Source of the DNA: a virus
Taxonomy: Duplodnaviria > Caudoviricetes
DNA: 62,787 bases
IMG/VR virus record: IMGVR_UViG_3300035672_000002
Span: 1-62,787 of that record
Reading direction: 5' to 3' (one strand)
The notes beneath the pieces were generated by a model. The model was not told the origin of the DNA. It was given only the letters and a program-made list of their open reading frames with translations, and made no database searches. How positions within the stretch are numbered: the first letter of the stretch is position 1; each line of letters starts with the position of its first letter. The position numbers were made by a program, and so were the translations under genes. Below are positions 18,413 through 26,418 of this stretch, piece after piece.

Positions 18413-18668
18413 ACATCGACGATTGGGTTATCTCCGGATGAGCATCTCGGAAACGCATTGCAGCTCGCCAAACCAACAGAACGATAGTAAAGAGTACATC
18501 AGGAGGCAGGCCATATCGGGCAATTTCCTCCAAACTCAACTCACACTTTTCGATCGCTGCCAACTCCTCAGAGTTGCGTTTCATCATCGTCACCACTCCT
18601 TCTCGTCGTTGTCGATATACAGTCCGAAATCGGTCCCCTTGATAACAATCCTCCGACCATATGAGCAT
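18363..18668 (-). CDS. Hypothetical protein
   Basis: Probable start MMKRNS after AAGGAG. Confidence 0.5.
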   Translation of the reverse strand: MLIWSEDCYQGDRFRTVYRQRREGVVTMMKRNSEELAAIEKCELSLEEIARYGLPPDVLFTIVLLVWRAAMRFRDAHPEITQSSMYAPDEYQKEKEEKVDA

Positions 18669-18877
18669 ACGAAACAGTCCGATGCACTGTGACCAGCATC
18701 CACCTTCGTGTACATGATCGCCAGCGAATCGGTATCCATCTCCACGTCATGGATCGTCGCACCAATAAGAGCATTACGAATTCGTCCTAGCCGCGCAGCA
18801 TTTTCCGCCTCTGCCTTCTCTTTACGTTTTCGTTGAAGCTCTAAGCTGATCCTGCGGTTGCTCCCCGGATAGTACAT
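18590..18877 (-). CDS. Hypothetical protein
   Basis: AAGGAGGT RBS before ATG. Confidence 0.6.
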   Translation of the reverse strand: MYYPGSNRRISLELQRKRKEKAEAENAARLGRIRNALIGATIHDVEMDTDSLAIMYTKVDAGHSASDCFVCSYGRRIVIKGTDFGLYIDNDEKEW

Positions 18878-18891
18878 TCCCACCTCCTTCC

Positions 18892-19731
18892 CTAACTCCA
18901 TACGTCCGGATCGGTCCCCGGATAGTTCTCCATACATCCCCACACAAACGGCCCTAACCCGTCCTGCCCGCCCCAGTCGTCTTCAGTATAGACATTCCCG
19001 AGAATACTGATATCAATTCCCGCTTTCGTTACTTCCATCTCGAATACCGGCTCCTTCCCCCGATCCTTCACTGACCGCTTCTTCTGAATCCTGATATGCG
19101 CCGCCCAGTCAGCGTCGTACTCCATCGTGTCCGGCCCTTGGTACGTGAACTTCCCTGTAGGCTTCCCGTCCTCCCACACTTCCTTCGCCCGCGCCAGCAT
19201 GATCAGATTCGCAGACGACTCGCGCGTCGACTTGATCATCTGACTCAGCTCAGCTTTCACCTGCCCTGACGACTTCCCGTAATCCTTCTCGATCCTCTTC
19301 CCCGCGTGTCCGGTGAACTTCATCTTCAGGATCTCCGCGTATTCGGTTGTCGTGTCGAACACGATCGTACGGACGTTCCCCTTCAGTGATTGTTCAAGGA
19401 CGCCGTCGAAGTTTCGACGCAGGACGTCAGTAGACTTGGTGGTGGCGGATACGATCTGCTCCGGTGTCAGCCTGTTGAGCCCCTTCGGATAATCGATCCC
19501 GAGATAGTGGATCACCTTCCCGGCACGTTTCGCTTTCTGTGCGGCGTGCAGTCCGCGGCGGTCGATGTCGAAGAACGCTACCGGCCCTGGAGCGTGCAGA
19601 AGACCGAATGTGGTTTTCCCTTGACCAGCGATTCCGAAGCCAAGCATGATCGCCTGCTCTTTCGGTTCCGGTGGCTCTGTAAAGTCGAGACCTTGAAGCG
19701 TCGTACGCAGCTTCTTCTCAGACATTGTCAT
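18892..19731 (-). CDS. AAA/RecA-like ATPase (Sak4/AAA_24-type recombination protein)
   Basis: Walker A GIAGQGKT, FDID, Walker B IVFDT; adjacent to exonuclease and SSB genes. Confidence 0.8.
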   Translation of the reverse strand: MTMSEKKLRTTLQGLDFTEPPEPKEQAIMLGFGIAGQGKTTFGLLHAPGPVAFFDIDRRGLHAAQKAKRAGKVIHYLGIDYPKGLNRLTPEQIVSATTKSTDVLRRNFDGVLEQSLKGNVRTIVFDTTTEYAEILKMKFTGHAGKRIEKDYGKSSGQVKAELSQMIKSTRESSANLIMLARAKEVWEDGKPTGKFTYQGPDTMEYDADWAAHIRIQKKRSVKDRGKEPVFEMEVTKAGIDISILGNVYTEDDWGGQDGLGPFVWGCMENYPGTDPDVWS

Positions 19732-20420
19732 AACAACCCCTCCGCTACTGCATTTGAAACGATAAGTGCCTTCACCCTCCGAAGGTCACTCTCCAGAAAC
19801 TCAATGTCGATCACCTTCGCATCCACCTTCGGTCTCCCACTCGTATAGTCCCCTCTACTGAACATCACCTGAATCTGCGCCAACCTCGTTCCGAAGCACG
19901 GACACGCCCACCCGAGCTGCCACACCCATTTCTGAAGTCCGTCGAGATGCACGATGAGCTCTCCGTCAGGCATGACGTCGTACGCGCGCTTCGACGACAT
20001 CCACGTGTACTTCCACTCGATGACCCGCGGTCCCGGAGTCAACAACGCGTCGGGGGTGAAGTAGATGCCTCGATGCCCCGTCTCCGCGCAGTGCTCGCCG
20101 GCCGGATTACGTCCGTCTTCATCGACACCGTTCAGGTAGTCGTCACACTCACGACACCAGAACATCTCGCCGGGATACACGAGATCGAGATCCGTATTGA
20201 CCTCTCTCGCGTGCTCACCCATGGCACGCTCCCAGATGAAACCGGGTGTCCGCACACCTTCCAGCTCGTCCTTGTCCCACTCATCGCGCTTCGTCTTCGG
20301 ATCGCGCTCCACGATCTTCTGTATAACCGACGACAAGTGACACCCTTCTGAGCGTGGGACAGCACGCTCACGCGAGTACGCAGTAGATGTGATTATTAAA
20401 TCCCGTACTGTTAGTTTCAC
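19728..20420 (-). CDS. PD-(D/E)XK exonuclease
   Basis: HLSS...GFIWE...TPD...VIEWK...WQ. Confidence 0.75.
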   Translation of the reverse strand: MKLTVRDLIITSTAYSRERAVPRSEGCHLSSVIQKIVERDPKTKRDEWDKDELEGVRTPGFIWERAMGEHAREVNTDLDLVYPGEMFWCRECDDYLNGVDEDGRNPAGEHCAETGHRGIYFTPDALLTPGPRVIEWKYTWMSSKRAYDVMPDGELIVHLDGLQKWVWQLGWACPCFGTRLAQIQVMFSRGDYTSGRPKVDAKVIDIEFLESDLRRVKALIVSNAVAEGLL

Positions 20421-20666
20421 TTACTACTGCTACTGTCTTGCCGATATCCGTCCGATGCCCATGTCTGCTTTCAGAGTTCCGCGAACGCGGATTGAAGGTG
20501 GGATCATGAGGACTAGTTGGTGCGGGGGCATTCGGTCAATCAGTTAAGACAGAAGTAGAAGTAAATCGCCCCGAATCTGCACAGCTCGGGGCCACACTGC
20601 CAGTAAAGCAGCTCGCCAGAGAGTAGGGCTTTGAAGCCGGTGACGAATTGCCCGCGCAGACTGAAA

Positions 20667-21578
20667 CTAGTCGTTCGGTGTAATAACGCCCGTTTTCTTT
20701 GAGAACTTGTAAAGCTGCTCGGCGGCGTTCTCCGTGTGGAACGACGCGTCGTTGATCAGGTTGCTCGCCGGGCCTTTGATATCCTTGCCCTTCAGAATAC
20801 CGAAGCTCGCGGTGTACGCCTGCTTGATGGTGATTCCACCGCCAGCAGCGTCCTCGTCGAAGTTCTTCACGAGCGGCGTCTTTGTTGCGAGTGACGTGAG
20901 GATCGCGTCCATTGCCTGAACAGCAGCGGCGTGGATCGGATCTTCGGTACCTTCTTCAGTATCATCATCGGCCGATGCTTCGTCATCGTCGTCATCATCA
21001 TCGTCAACCGCAGCCGCTTTTTTCTTCCCGCTCGCCGTCGTCGCCGTTCCAGCAGCAGTCTTCCCTGACGTCTTCTTCCCTGCCGACTTTCCATCCGGTG
21101 CGTCGACCAACTCGTCGACAAGCAGATCCGTGAACGGGGTACCGTCATCCTTCGGCTTACCAGTTCCCGCGACTGACTTCAGTTTCACCCACAGTCCATC
21201 AAGTCCGCTCGCATCTTCGATATCATCGAGAATTTTGAAAACACGCAGGCGTTCCGACTTTGCTACTTCATCCGCTCCGGCCGCATCTTCGATCGATGCA
21301 AGCAGTTTGCCGGCTGCGAAATCCGCACTGATCGTGCAGTCCCGTGACTGATCAACGCTCTTGATAATTCCCCCATCGACACGTGTGAAACGCTGATCGC
21401 CCATGTAGAATTTTTTCAAGTACTCCGTGCCATCAATGTCCAGAAAAACTGTCTGAAGATTGACAATGTCTTTTCCCCGACTCGATTCGTCCTCCTTCCA
21501 CTGCGTATCGCTGAACTGTACTACCGCTCCATCCAACATCCCTTTGGTCATCTTGCTCTTACGTCCCGATACTGACAT
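20667..21578 (-). CDS. Putative ssDNA-binding protein
   Basis: Beta-rich N-terminal domain, Lys-rich and poly-Asp linker; first gene of the recombination operon; AAGGAG RBS. Confidence 0.5.
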   Translation of the reverse strand: MSVSGRKSKMTKGMLDGAVVQFSDTQWKEDESSRGKDIVNLQTVFLDIDGTEYLKKFYMGDQRFTRVDGGIIKSVDQSRDCTISADFAAGKLLASIEDAAGADEVAKSERLRVFKILDDIEDASGLDGLWVKLKSVAGTGKPKDDGTPFTDLLVDELVDAPDGKSAGKKTSGKTAAGTATTASGKKKAAAVDDDDDDDDEASADDDTEEGTEDPIHAAAVQAMDAILTSLATKTPLVKNFDEDAAGGGITIKQAYTASFGILKGKDIKGPASNLINDASFHTENAAEQLYKFSKKTGVITPND

Positions 21579-21662
21579 ACGTTGTTGCTCCTTTCGTTAG
21601 TACGACGCCTAGTTTAGATTTAGTAGAAGACTCCGCCACCACAAACAAACATCAGTAACGGA

Positions 21663-21691
21663 AGAGTAGGATAAAGTTGACTGAGAGTCAA
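21663..21691 (-). promoter_or_regulatory. Sigma70-type promoter with palindromic operator
   Basis: TTGACT-17 nt-TACTCT on the minus strand; palindrome TTGACT-GAG-AGTCAA at 21677-21691. Confidence 0.7.
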
Positions 21692-21706
21692 GTCCGAAGA
21701 TCACAC

Positions 21707-22207
21707 TCACAACGGCAATATGCCACCGAGGAGCACGTTCAACGGTCGGAACACTTGGCCGATGTTGAACACGGCGCCGCAGCGATCTTTCACGTTGTAC
21801 CATAGCGGCAGATTGGTGATCGTCGCGCGCTGCTTCACCCGCAGCGCCTCTGCACCAGAGATCAGGCCGGTGACCGTCACTGCCGGAGACAACAGCGCGT
21901 CGAGGAAGAGTAGGTTTGTGGTGAAGCACTGCACGCCGATGTCGTCCTTCGCGGCGGTCGCGCCGACAAGAGCATTCTGCGTATCGACGCGTACGAACTG
22001 GATGGCGTTCGCGAGATCTTCCTGCGGGTGACCGGTGAGCGCGATCGAGCCAGACGACTCGGGAATGGGCGGTGGGATCGACTGAAGATTGTCGGGTGCA
22101 GCGACCGGTTGCGGAGTGTTGATGGTGGTGGGTGCGCTAAACGGGTGAGTGCCGGTTGCGCATCCGGTTGCGATGATGAGAATCAGCATGAGACCTACGT
22201 GCTTCAT
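21707..22207 (-). CDS. Lipoprotein
   Basis: MKHVGLMLILIIATG-C lipobox; AAGGAG RBS. Confidence 0.7.
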   Translation of the reverse strand: MKHVGLMLILIIATGCATGTHPFSAPTTINTPQPVAAPDNLQSIPPPIPESSGSIALTGHPQEDLANAIQFVRVDTQNALVGATAAKDDIGVQCFTTNLLFLDALLSPAVTVTGLISGAEALRVKQRATITNLPLWYNVKDRCGAVFNIGQVFRPLNVLLGGILPL

Positions 22208-22254
22208 TTCTTCGCTCCTTTTTTTAGCTGTCTGGGGGTCTCGGGCTCGTCTCA

Positions 22255-22617
22255 TCAAAACTTACCCCGATGAGTGATTGCCGCGTTGGCGATCATGCGC
22301 GCATCAAACAGGCCATCGATGGCGCGAGTCCTCAGCGGAGACTCCGGTACCATGCGGAATACCACCTCGGCAGCGGCTATAAATGCCTCGGTAACTTCTC
22401 TGCCCGCGGCAACTTGAGATTGATCCCACGGCGCGTAGGTGAAAGCCTCGCGAACGTTGCCGAGAATCATGCGAGCATCTACCGCTCTCTGACTGCCCAC
22501 CCCCGCAGAAGCCTTGGCGAGCCCGCCGATTTCCGATTCGAGGTTCTTTCTCAATTCTGGATTGGACTCCATCTGTGTGATTCTCCTCTCGATTTCTGCC
22601 AAATCAGGATTGCTCAT
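22255..22617 (-). CDS. Acb2/Tad1-like helical-hairpin protein (possible cyclic-nucleotide sponge)
   Basis: FTYAP...Q...REV...P.SP.RT.AI..L.DARMIANAAI resembles the FxYHxP...CPxSRExSxAxTxLEEAxMWANAxI family pattern. Confidence 0.6.
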   Translation of the reverse strand: MSNPDLAEIERRITQMESNPELRKNLESEIGGLAKASAGVGSQRAVDARMILGNVREAFTYAPWDQSQVAAGREVTEAFIAAAEVVFRMVPESPLRTRAIDGLFDARMIANAAITHRGKF

Positions 22618-22696
22618 CGTCTTCTCCTTCGAAGGTGGGAACAAATTGAGGATCACTGATGCAACCGCACTCCTCGCATGCGTCTTCACGTTTCAT
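22604..22696 (-). CDS. 30-aa acidic CxxC peptide (MKREDACEECGCISDPQFVPTFEGEDDEQS)
   Basis: AAGGAG RBS; not in the ORF track; overlaps the start of the next gene. Confidence 0.45.
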   Translation of the reverse strand: MKREDACEECGCISDPQFVPTFEGEDDEQS

Positions 22697-22718
22697 CCGG
22701 TTCTCCTTGTTCTATTCA

Positions 22719-22864
22719 TTGAAAGATTCCGCGACCGCCCGAGATCCGATGTTTACCGCATCCCGTGGGCGACCCCGTAGGGTATCGAATGCCAGCCACC
22801 CCCGATGTGCTATCCGTTTGGTGTAGGTGTTGGACCTGGTTTCGAGCGGTCGCGCAGCCTTCAA
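22719..22864 (-). ncRNA. Candidate structured RNA (long irregular hairpin, 6S-like architecture)
   Basis: 13-bp stem 22730-22742/22842-22854 plus outer UUGAAGG/CUUUCAA, central A/C-rich bubble, apical cUACGg tetraloop. Confidence 0.5.
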
Positions 22865-22880
22865 ACCTCGTTCTACCACT

Positions 22881-23933
22881 TTACCCCCTCCTCCCCGGCG
22901 TTCTACCCTGCCTCGGCGTGGGGATTGCGGGAATCACTGGCGCAAACACCGCCGCCAACCTCTTACCGCTCTCACTCATCTCCGGCGTCCCGTGCGTGAA
23001 CGTGCTCCAGGGATCTGGGGCAGGTTTGCGTGTGAAGAATACTTCGGCCGATTCGAACGTGACCACCGGCGCGTGGAGTTCGTCCCGCATCCGAACGGAG
23101 AATGTGGTCAACCGGTCGACCTCTTCATCGGTGGCGATCGAGCGTGCCGTGCGGCCTGCATCTTCAGCAGCAGCCTGCGTCATACCCTTCGCTAGACACT
23201 CAGCGATCGTGTCGTCGCGGCGTTTCTTAGCACTGCCCATCTCTTGGTGGTTGATCTCGCTGATGATGAGGGGTCGTCGCGCCCGATCGTCGGTAACGCT
23301 AAACCGAGATATCGATATGTCCACGAATCCCGGCTCGCTATTACTGCCAGTCATCCTCGCATAGTGGAGTCCTTCGCCGTCCGAAACCTCGCGCTCTCCA
23401 TACGGATGGACGAACCACTGATTGACATCAACAAGGTTAACGAAGCGCTGCAACGTGTCCGCTGACTCTGCGTCTGGTCCGCCGATGGTGATGCTCGGAT
23501 TCGCCCGGCGCACTCCGCGGATGAACGGGAGCCAGAAGTTGTCCACGTACTCCTGCATGTAGTCACGCGAACCGACCTTTGAAATGTCGTCATCGCCGAA
23601 CGTGTATCCGGGTTCGTTGCCGAAGGATACGGATGTCATCTGCTTGCCCCAGCGCATCATCCAAACGAACGCACTTTCCTCAATCTGAGATTGCGTAATA
23701 GGATTCATGCCGTCATCGGGCGCACAGAAGTTACCGTGAATCTGCATGCCGCCGTCCAATGCACCAGCGAAAGCGTCTGGCCACCAACGAGCGTCTGAAT
23801 AGAGGTATTGAAGTCTGACGCCCGTCACGTTGCATTGTTCGCGCAGGAAGCGCCACGATGCGGCCGATGGAGGTTCTGGGCGCCACGGAACAGGCTGGAA
23901 GGGGACGAAACAGATTCGCGCTTCGACGGTCAT
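22881..23933 (-). CDS. Glycoside hydrolase-like TIM-barrel protein (clan GH-A-like)
   Basis: SFGNEP (acid/base), IGGP, VHPY, IISEI (nucleophile). Confidence 0.65.
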   Translation of the reverse strand: MTVEARICFVPFQPVPWRPEPPSAASWRFLREQCNVTGVRLQYLYSDARWWPDAFAGALDGGMQIHGNFCAPDDGMNPITQSQIEESAFVWMMRWGKQMTSVSFGNEPGYTFGDDDISKVGSRDYMQEYVDNFWLPFIRGVRRANPSITIGGPDAESADTLQRFVNLVDVNQWFVHPYGEREVSDGEGLHYARMTGSNSEPGFVDISISRFSVTDDRARRPLIISEINHQEMGSAKKRRDDTIAECLAKGMTQAAAEDAGRTARSIATDEEVDRLTTFSVRMRDELHAPVVTFESAEVFFTRKPAPDPWSTFTHGTPEMSESGKRLAAVFAPVIPAIPTPRQGRTPGRRG

Positions 23934-24103
23934 TTGACCTCCTTGGGCGTAAACAGATGTGAGTGGTCTTCCGGATTACAGAGATAATCCTTCTCCGATT
24001 CGCTCGTTCCATAGTCCCACGGATCTAACGTGTCGTGATGCACCATTCCCTCGCGGTCGCACCATACGTAGCCGTGGATCTTCTCCATCAACGATTCAGC
24101 CAT
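23930..24103 (-). CDS. Hypothetical protein
   Basis: AAGGAGG RBS; overlap-coupled. Confidence 0.55.
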   Translation of the reverse strand: MAESLMEKIHGYVWCDREGMVHHDTLDPWDYGTSESEKDYLCNPEDHSHLFTPKEVK

Positions 24104-24392
24104 TCGCAGCCTCCTTCGGCGCGAGACCCATCTCGGTAGCACCTTCGTCGCCGTCTGGTAGGCCACGTCTGCGTGTAGAGTCGTTGATCGCGATCTGCTC
24201 GATCTCGAAAATCGCCATGTTGGTATCGAGGCGCACTCGAAATGCTCTTGCGCGCATTTCTTCGACGACATCGATCTCCGTAAGCAATTTTGCCTTTGCT
24301 TCAGTGAGGTGGGCAATCGCAGTTTCGCGCCAATCGGCGTAGTTGAACTGCTCGCCATCGATGACTGCTTGAATTCTGTCGATTAAATTCAC
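24096..24392 (-). CDS. Hypothetical protein
   Basis: ORF in operon. Confidence 0.55.
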   Translation of the reverse strand: MNLIDRIQAVIDGEQFNYADWRETAIAHLTEAKAKLLTEIDVVEEMRARAFRVRLDTNMAIFEIEQIAINDSTRRRGLPDGDEGATEMGLAPKEAANG

Positions 24393-24395
24393 TGC

Positions 24396-25568
24396 TCAAT
24401 TCCCCCTCTTACGATCGTTCTCAACATCTCTCTCCGTGATCGCCGGAGCCTCACCGCCGATCATCTTCCGAGCCTGTGATTCCGCAAGTCCGACGTTGAC
24501 TCCCCTACAAGCTAAAAGTCGTGATCGATACAAGTAATAGAGCGCCGCATCGTCAGCCCCCTGCTTCATCGCCAGAGCGTTCGCGGTCAGTGAAGCCAAC
24601 GCATCAGTCCGGAGCGCCATAGCGAGAACGGTCCGCTGCACAGCACTCTGCGCCAATTGTTTGCTCTGATCGGGGATCAACCAATGCGCAGGAATCGTCA
24701 TCGCCGCGCCACTCGGCAACGTCATCACTCCGAGCGCCAAGAACGCAGGACACGCATCGCCAACCGGACACCCCTCCGTGACCTTCACACTATTCGTCTG
24801 CTCGATGACAAAGTACGGACTATCGAGCGGCGGGAGACGGTTCGCCCGGTTGATCGCGAATACGGGGAAATACTGTGCGACATTTACAATCGCGCTCTCC
24901 AGTGGACCTAGCGTGTCGGAGATCCCGCCTTGGCGAACGCCGAAGCGATCGTACAGCGTGAGCAGCACGGTCGTTCGGCTGTACTGACTGGCGTTCGCGA
25001 TGTAGATCGAGAAGTGAGTGACGCCATCTTCACGCACCGCATCGATCTCCAATCGGTCCCGGCCTGGGTAGTCGCTCGACGCGTAATCGAACCACGGAAT
25101 CCCGTTTACCGTCTGTCGGTGCGTGCCAGACTTCCCGTTCACCGCGATCTCCACTTCCGTCTCCACGAGGAATGAACTCTCTAGGTCATTGCTCGTCTGG
25201 TCGTGCTGTAACCACGGTGCGACATCCGTTCGGTAAGCGTTGAACACTACTATGCCGATCCCTTGAGCGGTCAGCTTCTCTGCGAATCCTGACGGCTCGA
25301 AGCCGATCTGATGCGGTGCGAGTCGGATGACGTTCCCGTGTTCGATCGACAGTGGATAGGCCGGGTCGTTGTCCGTCTGGCCGGCTGGAATGAACGTCGC
25401 GCTGATCGACAGCTCGTGGCTGGTCAGGTTCGTCAGCCGTACGTGCGAGTAGTACGTCTTAGCTCCGGTGTTCAGGTTTGCGAAGCTGAGGAGGTAGGAC
25501 TGGTCAGCGCCGGATTGGGCGAAGGCTGAAGTTGCGGCTAGGAGGAGGGTGAAGATGATTTTCTTCAC
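24396..25568 (-). CDS. Secreted beta-rich protein
   Basis: Signal peptide MKKIIFTLLLAATSAFA-Q; two repeated beta-sandwich-like segments. Confidence 0.7.
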   Translation of the reverse strand: MKKIIFTLLLAATSAFAQSGADQSYLLSFANLNTGAKTYYSHVRLTNLTSHELSISATFIPAGQTDNDPAYPLSIEHGNVIRLAPHQIGFEPSGFAEKLTAQGIGIVVFNAYRTDVAPWLQHDQTSNDLESSFLVETEVEIAVNGKSGTHRQTVNGIPWFDYASSDYPGRDRLEIDAVREDGVTHFSIYIANASQYSRTTVLLTLYDRFGVRQGGISDTLGPLESAIVNVAQYFPVFAINRANRLPPLDSPYFVIEQTNSVKVTEGCPVGDACPAFLALGVMTLPSGAAMTIPAHWLIPDQSKQLAQSAVQRTVLAMALRTDALASLTANALAMKQGADDAALYYLYRSRLLACRGVNVGLAESQARKMIGGEAPAITERDVENDRKRGN

Positions 25569-25954
25569 GGCTCGTTCGCCTTCTTTTCGTCGAGCCATGC
25601 GGCCCGCTCGTTCTTCTCTTCTACGGAGGTTTCGGGACTGAACGTTAGTTCGTCAACGATCGCACGGACGCAGTCTTCGATTCCCGTGTCGTACTCCGGC
25701 GACGGATTCTCGCCAGGAAAGTTGCGGCTGCCCTTCAACTCGCGCATGCTGCGAACGAGACTCACGATCGCGGCGATCATCTCATCAGTGCGTGCGCGGA
25801 GGTAATCAGCGTCTGACGATGACGCAAATTCAGGCTGATTGTTTGAAGCAAACACGACTCTGCCAGCCCCCTCGTTAAAACACTTGCCGAGAACCGGATT
25901 GATCTTGTCGCGTACGAAATTGAAGTCAGTCATCCGTTCATCCTTTCCGCGCAT
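25565..25954 (-). CDS. Hypothetical protein
   Basis: ORF in operon; probable start MTDF. Confidence 0.55.
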   Translation of the reverse strand: MRGKDERMTDFNFVRDKINPVLGKCFNEGAGRVVFASNNQPEFASSSDADYLRARTDEMIAAIVSLVRSMRELKGSRNFPGENPSPEYDTGIEDCVRAIVDELTFSPETSVEEKNERAAWLDEKKANEP

Positions 25955-26101
25955 TCATGGAGGGTTGGGAGTTGATCGACACGGTGATGTGACACGATTC
26001 GTCGACGCACGAAACCATCGCGACAAGTAGAAACGCAATAAATATCCGAAGTGGATCGTCCATGAACCAAGTAATCACACCCTTGAAAGTTCTCACCATG
26101 C

Positions 26102-26353
26102 TCATGACGCATGCCCCGGTAGCGCGCATGGCTTGCGGTTGATACAGCGGCCCATCGGCTTCGTGATCCCCGGAGGAACCGTGACGAGCAGGATGACGTC
26201 ACACCGATCTTCGAGTGGAGGAAGATCTGCTATGGAAGAGCCAGATGCTCCATTCGCGCAGACGATCGCTAATAGATAACCAATGACTGTGCCAATGCCT
26301 GCGCCAAAGAAGACGTAAAGGAAGGCGGTCAGGAAGACGTCAGAGAACTTCAT
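26102..26353 (-). CDS. Membrane protein
   Basis: GGGGAG RBS; N-terminal hydrophobic helix. Confidence 0.6.
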   Translation of the reverse strand: MKFSDVFLTAFLYVFFGAGIGTVIGYLLAIVCANGASGSSIADLPPLEDRCDVILLVTVPPGITKPMGRCINRKPCALPGHAS

Positions 26354-26418
26354 GATGTTGCTCCCCCTTGTGTCTCATTCGCATCAGTATAGGTCACTCC
26401 TCGCCCCACAGTCAACTA

